Part shown: one piece after another, positions 7,325-16,879 of the stretch
How the letters are laid out: every line of letters starts with the position of its first letter
Numbering within the stretch: position 1 is the stretch's first letter
From: a virus
Lineage: Duplodnaviria; Caudoviricetes
DNA length: 46,256 nucleotides
Reading direction: 5' to 3' (one strand)
Virus record (IMG/VR): IMGVR_UViG_3300037511_000147
Location: 1 to 46,256 of that record
Notes under the pieces: generated by a model
Seen by the model: only the letters and a program-made list of their open reading frames with translations
Database searches by the model: none
Told to the model about the DNA's origin: nothing
Program-made: the position numbers and the translations under genes

Positions 7325-9333
7325 GCTTCGACGAATACATCACCCACGGCTGGCGCCTGTGCCCGATCCCGTTCGGCCACAAAGGTCCCCGGGACCTGGG
7401 ATGGAACAAACCCGGCACGCCGCAGGCGACAATCCCGCCCGGCTGGAATGCCGGTCTCATGCACGTGGAGTCACACACATGCGCGATAGATATCGACAAG
7501 TTAGACGTAGCGCAGCCTTGGCTAAATGCCCGAGGGGTGGAGCTGGCCTCGCTTCTGAATGCCCCTTCTGCAGTGAGAATAAGCTCAGGACGCAGCGGCA
7601 GGGCCAAACTGTTGTATCGTCTTTCCGCCCCTCTCGTCTCCCTCAAGACGGCGCCGTTCAAGGCGCGGAGCCAGAAAAGCGGTAAGGAAGAAACGTACAC
7701 CGCGCTCGACTTCCGGTGCGCCACAAAGGGCGGCCTGTCGATGCAGGACGTGCTGCCACCGTCGATCCACCCGGACACCGGCGCGCCGTATCGCTGGGAG
7801 TACGGCGACGACCTGACGGGCTCCTGGCGTAACCTGCCCGAGCTGCCTACCGAGCTCCGCGCTGTCTGGGAAAGCCTTCTCAGTTCGCAAATAGCGAACG
7901 ACGCCCCCGCTGCACCCTCCGGCGCCACGTTCGATGAGATCCGCACCCTCATCGCCCAGCAGGACCCGAACGCCGCCTATAACGAATGGCTGCGCGTCGG
8001 GATGGCGATCCACCACGAAACGGGCGGCTCGCGCGACGGTCTGCTACTGTGGAACGAGTGGAGCGCCCAGGCTACGGGTCCCGACAAGTACAAAGGTCTC
8101 GCCGACCTTGAGCCCCACTGGCGGTCCTTCAGTGCGACCGCTGCCGGTGCCGTCACGCTGGGCAGCTTGCGCGCCGAAGCTGTGGCAGGAGTCAGCGACT
8201 TCCCGGTAGTGCCGGCCAGCACTGCAAAACGCAAGTTCCAACGTCGCAGCTTTCAGGAGTTCATCAGTGGCAAGCCTCCCGAATGGATCGTGGACGGGAT
8301 TATCCCGGCTGCTACTGTCGGCGCTGTGTACGGAGCTTCCGGCTCCGGTAAGTCGTTTCTCGTCGCTGATCTCGGCCTGCATGTCGCAGAAGGGCGGACG
8401 TGGCGTGGTCAGAACGTACGCAAGGGGCGAGTCGTTTATCTGGTCGCTGAAGGTGTCGCCGGATCCCGGCAGCGCCTTACGGCCGCTCGTGATGAGCTGG
8501 GATTCGATGTTTCTGGGTTCGAGGTCATCGAAGACACCCCGAACCTACTCAACAAGGAAGATCCGCCGGCCCTCGCACGGGAGCTTCAGGCGCCGGACGA
8601 GGAAGGGCATCCCGCGAAGATAGACTTGGTGATCGTTGACACGCTGGCGCAGACCACCCCGGGCGCCGACGAGAACAGCGGTAAGGATATGTCGGTCGCC
8701 CTGGAGCATTGCAAACTAATCCATCAGGCAACTGGCGCCATGGTGCTCTTGATCGCGCACGCCGGCAAAGACGAGTCTCGCGGGCTGCGCGGTTGGTCCG
8801 GCATCCGTGCCGCGCTCGACTGCGAGATCGAGGTCACCGACACGCAGCCGAACACTCCCGGCAGTCTGCGCATCGCCAAAGTCACCAAAATGAAAGACGG
8901 GGAGGAGGGGGCCGAATACCCGTTCCGGCTCAGGGTCGCCGGTAAAAGCTGCGTGATCGATCACACGGACGAGAAGCCGCGCGCGAAGGTCTCAAAGTAC
9001 CGCCCCGGCTCACCGGAAGATTTGATCCGGCAGGTCTACCCCACATTGGCGCCGATGGGGACAGGGCAGGGGGTGGCTGCGTACGACCTAATTGCCGCTA
9101 TCGTTGATCGCATGGCGCCGGAGACACCCGATCGGCGTGCCGATAGGATCGGAAAAGCGCTGAACAGTTTTTGCAATAAGCCGGGCTCGATGCTGCGAAT
9201 CCAGGGAAATATGGTGTTCCCAGTTGAGACCAACCCCTCAACGTTCGATTTGCGTCCCGTGGCAGGTGCTGCCGGCATTGACGTAGAGCTACCGCTCCGG
9301 CAGGATCACAGCGACCTTCTAGGGGTGCAATAA
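7321..9333 (+). CDS. Bifunctional primase-polymerase / PriCT-2 / RepA-like (AAA_25) helicase
   Basis: KGP...W, AIDID, VLPPSIHPDTG (prim-pol); YNEWLRVGMAIH (PriCT-2); YGASGSGKSF, VIVDTL, IAHAGKD, RGWSG (helicase). TTGA overlap at the start. Confidence 0.93.
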   Translation: MSFDEYITHGWRLCPIPFGHKGPRDLGWNKPGTPQATIPPGWNAGLMHVESHTCAIDIDKLDVAQPWLNARGVELASLLNAPSAVRISSGRSGRAKLLYRLSAPLVSLKTAPFKARSQKSGKEETYTALDFRCATKGGLSMQDVLPPSIHPDTGAPYRWEYGDDLTGSWRNLPELPTELRAVWESLLSSQIANDAPAAPSGATFDEIRTLIAQQDPNAAYNEWLRVGMAIHHETGGSRDGLLLWNEWSAQATGPDKYKGLADLEPHWRSFSATAAGAVTLGSLRAEAVAGVSDFPVVPASTAKRKFQRRSFQEFISGKPPEWIVDGIIPAATVGAVYGASGSGKSFLVADLGLHVAEGRTWRGQNVRKGRVVYLVAEGVAGSRQRLTAARDELGFDVSGFEVIEDTPNLLNKEDPPALARELQAPDEEGHPAKIDLVIVDTLAQTTPGADENSGKDMSVALEHCKLIHQATGAMVLLIAHAGKDESRGLRGWSGIRAALDCEIEVTDTQPNTPGSLRIAKVTKMKDGEEGAEYPFRLRVAGKSCVIDHTDEKPRAKVSKYRPGSPEDLIRQVYPTLAPMGTGQGVAAYDLIAAIVDRMAPETPDRRADRIGKALNSFCNKPGSMLRIQGNMVFPVETNPSTFDLRPVAGAAGIDVELPLRQDHSDLLGVQ

Positions 9334-9335
9334 CT

Positions 9336-9605
9336 ATGGCTGATCCAACCGAAAATGTAGTCCGGCGTCCGGACCGTCCTAAAGTCCAGAATCCGAAAGC
9401 TGCCGCTCCTGCTATGGGCGGAGGCGACATGGATGCGGGCGAGGAGATGGGCTTTTTCAAGACGCTCGGGCGATTGCTGGTAAAGCACAACGCCAACGAT
9501 GAGGGCGACGCGCAGGAGCATGCGCAAGGTGGCCTCACGCGACGGCGCAAGGTGGATCAGCTCGTTGATGAGGCCGTGAGCGGCGCCAAGGACGACTCTT
9601 ACTGA
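9336..9605 (+). CDS. Hypothetical protein
   Basis: ORF 2 nt after the primase stop, TGATG-coupled to the endolysin. Confidence 0.65.
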   Translation: MADPTENVVRRPDRPKVQNPKAAAPAMGGGDMDAGEEMGFFKTLGRLLVKHNANDEGDAQEHAQGGLTRRRKVDQLVDEAVSGAKDDSY

Positions 9606-10051
9606 TGTTCGCGCACAATGTCATCGATGACATCATCCGACGCGAGGGTGATACGTACACCGATGACCCAGCTGACCGCGGTGGTCCGACGAAATACGGG
9701 ATCACGCTGGCTCTGCTTCGCCGGCTGCGTCCGGATGCGACAGCGGCGGACGTGCAAAGGCTCACCGAGCAGGAAGCGCGTGACGTATACCGAACCGAGT
9801 TCGTGTTGCCGTTCGACCGGTTTCGCGCATACCCGGACCTGCTCGCCCTGTGCGTCGACTCCGCCGTCCAGCATGGAGTGTCGCGCGTACAGGGGTGGCT
9901 GAAGCTGATTCCTAGCAGTGATCCGGATGTGAACTACATCAGCCTATTCAAGCGCCGGATGGTGTTCTACGGCGAGATCGTGCAGGCTGACTCGTCGCAA
10001 TCTCGTTTCATAAAAGGCTGGCTTGCCCGGCTATCGGAGTTCGCAAGATGA
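9605..10051 (+). CDS. Endolysin, glycoside hydrolase family 108
   Basis: IIRREG.TYTDDPADRGGPTKYGIT, DSAVQHG and FIKGWLAR are GH108 hallmarks. Confidence 0.9.
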   Translation: MFAHNVIDDIIRREGDTYTDDPADRGGPTKYGITLALLRRLRPDATAADVQRLTEQEARDVYRTEFVLPFDRFRAYPDLLALCVDSAVQHGVSRVQGWLKLIPSSDPDVNYISLFKRRMVFYGEIVQADSSQSRFIKGWLARLSEFAR

Positions 10052-10353
10052 GTCGCAAAGTCAAGTTCGATAACCCCACAAAGAACACGGATGGTACCGC
10101 GTTCGACGCGAAGAACAACACGGCCGGCTATGACGTCGTGATCGACGGTCAGCCCGCAGTGAGTGTTCCCGTCGGGTACGCAACCGAAATCGATCTGGAG
10201 AGCCTCGCCGGCTTTTCGGCGCTCAAGGCGGGCAAGCATACGGTGCAGCTCGACGTCGTATCGAAGGAGGGGGCGCGCTCTGATCTGTCTGCGCCCGCCA
10301 CGTTTCCGGTTGTGGGCACCCCGCTGGCTCCGACGATTACTAGCGTGGATTGA
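10048..10353 (+). CDS. Single FN3/Ig-like domain protein
   Basis: FDNPTKNTDGT...AGYDVVIDG...GKHTVQLDVVSKEGARSDLS...P.AP is an FN3-like beta-sandwich pattern; no signal peptide. Confidence 0.55.
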   Translation: MSRKVKFDNPTKNTDGTAFDAKNNTAGYDVVIDGQPAVSVPVGYATEIDLESLAGFSALKAGKHTVQLDVVSKEGARSDLSAPATFPVVGTPLAPTITSVD

Positions 10354-10366
10354 GGATCTGTTCTAG

Positions 10367-10579
10367 GTGAAGCCCGAAACACTCGCAGCATGGCGTGACG
10401 CACTCGGCGGTCGCAGGTTTATCCTGACGCTCGGCGCCGGGGTCGTTGACGCCATGCTGGTGTGGTTCGGCAAGATCACGAGCGCGGACTTCGTGCTCGT
10501 GACGTCCGCGACTGTCGGCCCCTACATCGCGGCCGAGGCGTACCTGAAAGCCCGGACCGCCGGCCCGTCTCCGCAGTGA
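10367..10579 (+). CDS. Putative holin
   Basis: GGRRFILTLG followed by two hydrophobic segments; lies between endolysin and spanins. Confidence 0.6.
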   Translation: MKPETLAAWRDALGGRRFILTLGAGVVDAMLVWFGKITSADFVLVTSATVGPYIAAEAYLKARTAGPSPQ

Positions 10580-10917
10580 ACCCGTACCTACTCATCGCCG
10601 CTCTAGTCATATTCGGGGGCTCACTGACGGCCACCGGGGTCACAGCTTACCGGATGGGCGCCGAGCACGAGATCGCCGCTCAGGCGCGCCAGGATGCCGC
10701 CGTTCAGGCCATGACCGAGGCTGCGGCGAAAGCCATCGCCAGAATCGAGGTGAAGAATGTCACCATCCGCCAGCGCCTGGAGACCGAGATCCGGGAAAAG
10801 CCTGTGTATCGCGATTGCCGTATGGACGCTGACGGGCTGCGCCTCGTCAATGAAGCCATCACCGGGACCGCCCCCGCTGGTGATCGCGAACTGCCCCGAG
10901 ATACCACCGCAAACTGA
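10576..10917 (+). CDS. Rz-like inner-membrane spanin
   Basis: GTGA overlap; N-terminal TM (YLLIAALVIFGGSL), coiled coil, and EKPVYRDC motif. Confidence 0.8.
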   Translation: MNPYLLIAALVIFGGSLTATGVTAYRMGAEHEIAAQARQDAAVQAMTEAAAKAIARIEVKNVTIRQRLETEIREKPVYRDCRMDADGLRLVNEAITGTAPAGDRELPRDTTAN

Positions 10918-11002
10918 CCCGAGCTTCGGCGCAACCGTGCAGAAGCTGACCGAGATCGCCATGCAGTATAGAAAATGCCGCGCCGCGGCGTTAGGACAGT
11001 GA
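10757..11002 (+). CDS. Rz1-like outer-membrane lipoprotein spanin (overlapping Rz)
   Basis: Lipobox LTGC, Pro-rich stretch and C-terminal YRKC, in a shifted frame overlapping the Rz 3' end. Confidence 0.8.
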   Translation: MSPSASAWRPRSGKSLCIAIAVWTLTGCASSMKPSPGPPPLVIANCPEIPPQTDPSFGATVQKLTEIAMQYRKCRAAALGQ

Positions 11003-11008
11003 CGCCCT

Positions 11009-12142
11009 ATGCCGAGCCCTAGAATGTCTGATGCCCTGCTACGTGAAACTGTCGACCAAGTAATGGCGCACGGCGGCGCGTACTCCCGCGCAGCTACCGC
11101 ACTCGGGATACCGGTCCCGACAATGCAACGTCGATGGGATCGCGCCAAAGCGGCCGGTTTTGTCCCGGCTACTGCTCCGGTGCACCCGGTCCCGAACGGG
11201 CAACTGCTGAAGGGGACGTCAACGCTCGTCGGCCCAGACGGAGAAACGAAGCTCCAGTGGATCAAGACGCACATCAACGCCGAGCAGTTCGAGGCGATGG
11301 TGCGCGGGGCGTGCGAGGCCGCGGCGAAGTCCGTGAAGCCACACAAACGCGTGAAGGTGCCGAGCAACACCGCGGCCGATCTGCTGAATCTGTACGTGAT
11401 CACCGACTATCATATGGGCATGCTGGCCTGGGCCCGCGAGACCGGCGCACCGTGGGATCTGGACATCGCCCGCAACACTCTGAAGTCTGTGCTCGGCGAG
11501 ATGCTCGACGCCGCCCCGGACGCCGAGATGGGCATCCTTGAGCAGCTCGGCGACTTCCTACACTTCGATTCGCTCAAGGCGCTGACTCCGGAGCACGGGC
11601 ACCTGCTCGACGCCGACAGCCGCTACCAGAAGGTGGTGGAGGTGACGACCGAGGTTCTCATCTGGTGTGTCGAGCGCATGCTCCAGAAGCACAAGCGCGT
11701 GCACGTCGATATGCGCGAGGGCAATCACGACCCAGCCGGCTCTATTTGGCTGCGCGTCATGTTTGCTCGCCTGTTCGCCAACAACCCGCGCGTGACCGTC
11801 GAGCAGAGTCCGCGGCCGTATGCCATCTACCCGTGGGGTCAGACACTGCTGGGCTTCCATCACGGCCACCTGACCAAGAATCAGAAGCTCCCGGCGCTGT
11901 TCTCGGCACTGTTCCGCAAGGAGTGGGGCGCGGCGTCGCACACGTACATTCACACCGGGCATCTGCACCACATCGAAGAGAAGGAGCACCCCGGCGCCAA
12001 CGTGCTCCAGCATCCCACCCTTGCTGCGCCGGACGCTTACGCGGCGCGCGGCGGATGGCTGTCCAAGCGCCAGGCGCTCAGCATCACGTATCACAAGACG
12101 GCCGGCGAGATCGGCCGACGATTCCACCTACCACCGGAGTAA
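11009..12142 (+). CDS. Calcineurin-like metallophosphoesterase with N-terminal HTH
   Basis: TDYHMG, GDFLHFD, EGNHD, HHGH and GHLHH metal-binding motifs; N-terminal YSRAATALGIPVPTMQRRW helix-turn-helix. Confidence 0.85.
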   Translation: MPSPRMSDALLRETVDQVMAHGGAYSRAATALGIPVPTMQRRWDRAKAAGFVPATAPVHPVPNGQLLKGTSTLVGPDGETKLQWIKTHINAEQFEAMVRGACEAAAKSVKPHKRVKVPSNTAADLLNLYVITDYHMGMLAWARETGAPWDLDIARNTLKSVLGEMLDAAPDAEMGILEQLGDFLHFDSLKALTPEHGHLLDADSRYQKVVEVTTEVLIWCVERMLQKHKRVHVDMREGNHDPAGSIWLRVMFARLFANNPRVTVEQSPRPYAIYPWGQTLLGFHHGHLTKNQKLPALFSALFRKEWGAASHTYIHTGHLHHIEEKEHPGANVLQHPTLAAPDAYAARGGWLSKRQALSITYHKTAGEIGRRFHLPPE

Positions 12143-12189
12143 AAGCCCATGTTCTGGATCATCATTTTCGGCTACACGTGGAGCAACTG

Positions 12190-12822
12190 ATGCCATTCAC
12201 TGCTGACTACATCACGGCCGTCCCGCGGGAGCAGCAGGAGGATAGGCGCAAGATTCGCTGCTTCTCCGGCCGCTACATCAACCCACTCAAGGTCCGAGCG
12301 CGCGAAATCTGCCTTGAGGACATCGCACACCACCTGTCGCAGATAAACCGCTATACCGGCGCATCGCCGTGGCCGCTGTCGGTCGCGCAGCATTCGGTCA
12401 TGTGCGCGGAGCGTGCGGCGGAGCAGTGGGATAGAGGACTTCCTGTGTCCGTCTACGGCGGCATGTGGCGCAGCGGTCTGCGTGGCATGGCATCACGCCG
12501 CGACTGGATCGCCGCCCATCTCCTGCACGACGCCGGCGAGTACCTGTTCAACGACCTGGCGAGCCCCGTGAAGCGCGATCCGCGCATGGCGTGGTACCGG
12601 GAAGCCGAGCACCAGACTACTCGCCTCATGTTCTGCGTGTTCGGGCTCGACCCTGCGTTGCTGGAGCTCACCAAACCGCTTGATGATGCGCAATTCTTTG
12701 CCGAGGCGCGCACCTTCTGGAAAGACAGCAGCGAGGTCATCATGTGGACGCCGCGCGAGGCAGAAACGGCGTTTCATCGTGCGGCGCAATCCCTGAATCT
12801 CTCGCCCATCTGGAGCCACTGA
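12190..12822 (+). CDS. HD-domain phosphohydrolase (YfdR/5'-deoxynucleotidase-like)
   Basis: DIAHHLSQINRYTG, SVAQHSV, LLHDAGEY..DL.SPVK. Confidence 0.88.
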   Translation: MPFTADYITAVPREQQEDRRKIRCFSGRYINPLKVRAREICLEDIAHHLSQINRYTGASPWPLSVAQHSVMCAERAAEQWDRGLPVSVYGGMWRSGLRGMASRRDWIAAHLLHDAGEYLFNDLASPVKRDPRMAWYREAEHQTTRLMFCVFGLDPALLELTKPLDDAQFFAEARTFWKDSSEVIMWTPREAETAFHRAAQSLNLSPIWSH

Positions 12823-13358
12823 TGAAAACGACTCTTCCAACGGACTCTCAAGCCCGCAAGGACGTCCCGCTGTACAGCGGCTGCTTCGCCTACTTCCCGG
12901 CTGCGCTGGCCGGCGTAGCGCGCTGGAGCAAGCTCGGGAACGACAAACACAACCCCGGCCAGCCGCTGCATCACGCTCGCGGCAAGTCGATGGATCACGC
13001 GGATTGCATCCTGCGACACACCATGGATTTGAGCGACATGCTTGCGGACTTCGCGCGCCGGCCGGAAGTACTCAGCGCAGCTGAACGGCAAGCGATTCTC
13101 GATGAGGCCGACGCCCGCGCGTGGCGCGCGCTGGCCGATTCGCAGGAACTCCATGAGCGTTTCGGCGAAGCTCCGCTCGCACCGGCGGCGCGACTGCCGA
13201 ATCCGCCGGAGGCGATAGCGAAGTCACCGGGTCAGACGGATGTCGCACTGAATCGACTCGATGAGCCGGTATTCAAAAAAGCCAGCTGGTTGTGCCCGCA
13301 TGGCGACTGCTGCCTGCCCGTCAAACACGGCGGGCCTCATGTAGATCTTAAGATCTGA
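12822..13358 (+). CDS. dATP/dGTP diphosphohydrolase-like protein (DUF5664-like)
   Basis: FPAALAGVARWSKLGNDKH, DHADCILRH, AWRALA; TGATG-coupled to the HD gene. Confidence 0.75.
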   Translation: MKTTLPTDSQARKDVPLYSGCFAYFPAALAGVARWSKLGNDKHNPGQPLHHARGKSMDHADCILRHTMDLSDMLADFARRPEVLSAAERQAILDEADARAWRALADSQELHERFGEAPLAPAARLPNPPEAIAKSPGQTDVALNRLDEPVFKKASWLCPHGDCCLPVKHGGPHVDLKI

Positions 13359-13557
13359 ACCAGCTTATAACGGTCGCCGCGGCAGCGCCCAGTGTCGCGG
13401 TGATCGAGCCGAGCACGACGAGTGTCGCCCATGATCCTTTGGCCTGATGCATCTGCGCGAGGAGCAGTTCGACGTTATGCGTCAGACGCCCCACGTCCTG
13501 CTGCAAGGCAGCGACTTGCACCTTGAGGGCGGCGATATCCGTTTCGGTACTGCTCAT
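13348..13557 (-). CDS. Small coiled-coil plus C-terminal TM protein (XhlA/holin-like)
   Basis: Heptad N-terminal half and hydrophobic C-terminus; last gene of the structural operon, converging with the + strand genes. Confidence 0.65.
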   Translation of the reverse strand: MSSTETDIAALKVQVAALQQDVGRLTHNVELLLAQMHQAKGSWATLVVLGSITATLGAAAATVISWFRS

Positions 13558-13570
13558 CGAGATTCCTTCG

Positions 13571-14935
13571 TCATGCCGTCTTTCTAAACCAGTCGCTCAG
13601 CAGGATCGCTTGCGCAGAAGCGTGCTCGTTGTCGAATCCTAATCCAATCAGCGCGGGGGTGCCCAGGAAAGTCGCCGAGGCTTCGGAAAATACGGTAACG
13701 AACGTGCCCGCTATGCCGGTCGAACTCGCAGAGAAGACCAACGTCGTGCCGTTGTAGCTGATTCTGAGATATAGCCGATTTGAGAATGACGCGCCAGGAA
13801 TGAACGCCGCCGGGATGGAGTTCGAGACCAGCACCGGGTTGCTGTTGAACGAATTGAAGGCGTTCAGCTTCTGCACGGTGAGCGCAGTGCCGCTGCCGAA
13901 GCCTATCCAAATGATTTTTCCGCCTGTGCCGGCCGCCACAAACATGCCGCCCGACGCGCCCGACGCCAGTGCTGCGGAAGGTGCTTGAGTGGATACCTGC
14001 GCCGTGTACTCCCACGAGCCGGTTACAGGCTGAGAGTAGCCGCCGAAATTGCGCGAGGCGGTGAGCGCCGGGAGAAACACGAGCGACCCGTTCGCTAGAG
14101 TGGTGGTCCCGGTGCTGACATTAAACGCCGTCCATTGACTGGTATTGATCGATGAACCGGTCTCGAACTCGTCATCTTGTGCATTGGGGCTGCTGGGGTG
14201 CGTGTCTGGCGTGATATTGCCGCCCCCGCCTCCGCCGCTTTGCGCGACCCAAGAAGGATTAGCTCCGGCCCCGTTCGTGCTCAGTACGTAGCCTGCGGTG
14301 CCCGCCGGCAGTCGCGCCCAGCTCGATGCGCCGCGATACAGGATATCGCCTTGCGCTGCACTGCCGATAAAGTCGAGCACGTCCGAGAGAGTCAGCTCTT
14401 CGCCGTTGCCGGCGCCACTAGTCTTGCGTCCGAACACTCGTGACGTAGCGGACGCCTGTATGTAGCTCGCATTGATGGTGTCGAAAGACAGTGCTCCGCC
14501 GCTTTCGTGGAGTACCGCCTTGTCGCCTGTCGACTGGATCGCGACCGGCTTACCGCTCGTGTTGTTCGGCCGCCCCCACGCGGAGCGCGCGGAGATGTCA
14601 GCCATATCGAGCGTGGGATTCCCTGCATCGCCATCCGCGTTCGTCACCGTCAGGCGGCCGGTATTGGCGACGGCAATGCTGCGCACAGCCATGTCGCCGT
14701 TCGCCTTGCGGGTGATGAGACCGTTGCCGGTCAGCGCGGCCAGCTTCACGATGTTCGCCGGGATCTCGCGAATAAATCGCCAGATTACCGTCACGACCCC
14801 GGGCGACGTGCCGCTGCTCTTACTGGCCGCGATCGCCGCGGAGATTGCTGCCGTGACCTCCGCGCGTGAGGGTGCATCCGTCTCGATCGAGATGGACTTA
14901 TTTACTGTTCCGATGATCGGGACGCGGACTTTCAC
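13571..14935 (-). CDS. Tail fibre / receptor-binding protein
   Basis: NADGDAGNPT and GDILYRGASSWARLPAGTAGYVLSTNGAGANPSW fibre motifs, a Gly linker, then a beta-sandwich (lectin-like) tip starting at DDEF. Confidence 0.8.
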   Translation of the reverse strand: MKVRVPIIGTVNKSISIETDAPSRAEVTAAISAAIAASKSSGTSPGVVTVIWRFIREIPANIVKLAALTGNGLITRKANGDMAVRSIAVANTGRLTVTNADGDAGNPTLDMADISARSAWGRPNNTSGKPVAIQSTGDKAVLHESGGALSFDTINASYIQASATSRVFGRKTSGAGNGEELTLSDVLDFIGSAAQGDILYRGASSWARLPAGTAGYVLSTNGAGANPSWVAQSGGGGGGNITPDTHPSSPNAQDDEFETGSSINTSQWTAFNVSTGTTTLANGSLVFLPALTASRNFGGYSQPVTGSWEYTAQVSTQAPSAALASGASGGMFVAAGTGGKIIWIGFGSGTALTVQKLNAFNSFNSNPVLVSNSIPAAFIPGASFSNRLYLRISYNGTTLVFSASSTGIAGTFVTVFSEASATFLGTPALIGLGFDNEHASAQAILLSDWFRKTA

Positions 14936-16878
14936 GGCTCATCCGGTGCCAGCAGCTTTGCGAGATCCACGGTCTCCCGCTTCTTCGCCGGGGCCGGCTT
15001 ACGGGACGCCTTACCAACCCGTCCGGGCGGCGGGGCGAGATCGAGCGAAGGGTCGAACCATTGCTCGCCGGGCTTCGGCACGGGCGGCATGATACGGGCC
15101 GGAGCAGCACCTTCCGGAGCCACCAGATTGAGGATGTCCGCCAAGCCGAGATCGGCGCCCGGCATAGGCGTGGGCGGCATGATTCGGGAGGGCGTAACAC
15201 CCTCGGACGGCACAAGATCCATGAGCGGGCCGAGCGCCTCCAGCTGCTCCGTCGGCATGGCGTCGAACGGTCGCTCGATGCGGGCCGGTGCGACGCCCGG
15301 AGGGGCATCCAGGCCGAATCCCTGTGCGAGATCCATGGATTGCTGCGGATTGACCTCCTCCGGCGCCTGGGGCTTCTCCGGCCGTTTGCCGTAGTCTCGG
15401 AAGCTGCTGCGCTCCGCCGGTGTGACGGCCTCGCGCCCGAAATTGTTCTGGAAACCGTCAGCCGTGACGTCGAGTCCGGGAATCTTGCCCAGAAGCCCTC
15501 GCCCCGCGTCCTTGATGGCGGAAAACACCCCCTCGGACTTGACCGAGCTGCGCGTCCCGGTGGCGCCCTGGCTGTGCCGCACCACGTTCTTGGCGTAGCC
15601 GCCGGCATCCGCGATTATCTTCGCGTTGCCGGTGAAGCGGCCGGGGTTCTTCTGGTCCATCCGGAACAGCTTCTGCGCGTCGACCTGGCCGCCGCGCGTT
15701 GCCGTCTCGTAATCGTGTATCTTCGCCAGCGCGCGGCGGGACGCCACATAGTCGGTGTACAGCTGCTGATTGCCGCTCGCCTTGAGCTGGGCTTCGAGCT
15801 GATCCTCCAGTGTGTCGGCCGCGTCGCGATCAAGCTGTCCCTCGCGATTCGTCGCCACGTCCTCGGAGCGAGCTCGCTTCACTTCCTGCCGGCGCAGTGC
15901 GCCGATCACCTGGGTGGTGCTCGGCTTGTCCGTCGGCTTGAACCCGGTTCGAGTCTTGGCCGCCTCGTAGGCCGCTTGCATACTCTCCGACGGGCTCGCG
16001 GATACGGCTTTCTCGACGTCTTCATAGACCTTGAAATGCGGCTGCCGGAGCTTGTCGTAATCGGTCTGCATCAGCGACGTTTTGCCGGTCGCGCCGAGAT
16101 CCTCGGCCGCGAGCTTCGTCGTGGTCGCCTGATTCTCCAGTGTGAAATCTTTGCGCAGCGCGGCCGGATCCTGCAGCGACTCGCGTCGCGTGCCTGGCAC
16201 TCTCTCGCCGGGCTTCATGGCCTGCACGTCAGACGGTCGCAGCTTGTATCCGGCTGCGCGCAGCGTGCCGATCACGTCGCCCTGGCTCGCCTTGGCGGCG
16301 CCGCTCACGGCGGCCTCTTTCAGCGCAGCCGCGCCGGCCTTCAGCGGCACGCGCGCGCCGAGAACGCCGGCAACATCCGGGATTGCCTCTTCCGCACTCT
16401 GCACGATCGTGCGCGCACCGTCCGGCAAGTTCTCCACTGCGCGATCAATCGGCGCGGCGACTTTCTCGGCACCGGCCTGCACCGCGCCGAGCGCGCGCGT
16501 CACAGGGTCGTTGCCCTGCGGCAGCTCTACCTTCGGCATGGAGACGTCGCCGGTTACCAGCCCTTTCAGGCCGCCCAGCGCCTTGAGCCCGGTATTCACC
16601 GCTCCCGCTGTGGCGTGCAGCGCTGCGCCGACTCCAGGCAAGTCCATCAACGTATCGCCGATGCCGCGTTCGCGGCGCAGCGTCTTGCTGCCGTCGTCGC
16701 CGGTGACCGCATAGAAGCCTTTTGGGGCGTCCTCATCTGTGCGCCACGCCGCCCCTTCCGTCGGGTTGGCTTTGACGGCTTCGTGGTCGCTAAACGCGCG
16801 CAGCCGGGTGCCGAGCTCCGAATCGAGCTGATCCGGCATCTCCACGACAGTCCCGTCGGGCATCTGCACCTGTGGCAC
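14932..16878 (-). CDS. Putative internal virion (ejection) protein
   Basis: MPQVQMPDGTVVEMPD N-terminus, Ala-rich helical body, position downstream of the GNAT and nozzle genes. Confidence 0.7.
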   Translation of the reverse strand: MPQVQMPDGTVVEMPDQLDSELGTRLRAFSDHEAVKANPTEGAAWRTDEDAPKGFYAVTGDDGSKTLRRERGIGDTLMDLPGVGAALHATAGAVNTGLKALGGLKGLVTGDVSMPKVELPQGNDPVTRALGAVQAGAEKVAAPIDRAVENLPDGARTIVQSAEEAIPDVAGVLGARVPLKAGAAALKEAAVSGAAKASQGDVIGTLRAAGYKLRPSDVQAMKPGERVPGTRRESLQDPAALRKDFTLENQATTTKLAAEDLGATGKTSLMQTDYDKLRQPHFKVYEDVEKAVSASPSESMQAAYEAAKTRTGFKPTDKPSTTQVIGALRRQEVKRARSEDVATNREGQLDRDAADTLEDQLEAQLKASGNQQLYTDYVASRRALAKIHDYETATRGGQVDAQKLFRMDQKNPGRFTGNAKIIADAGGYAKNVVRHSQGATGTRSSVKSEGVFSAIKDAGRGLLGKIPGLDVTADGFQNNFGREAVTPAERSSFRDYGKRPEKPQAPEEVNPQQSMDLAQGFGLDAPPGVAPARIERPFDAMPTEQLEALGPLMDLVPSEGVTPSRIMPPTPMPGADLGLADILNLVAPEGAAPARIMPPVPKPGEQWFDPSLDLAPPPGRVGKASRKPAPAKKRETVDLAKLLAPDEP

Positions 16879-16879
16879 G

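Noticed and set aside
11009-13358. 2-aminoadenine (Z-genome) pathway
   Set aside because: HD and diphosphohydrolase genes are present, but no PurZ/PurA-like ORF was recognised anywhere in the genome.
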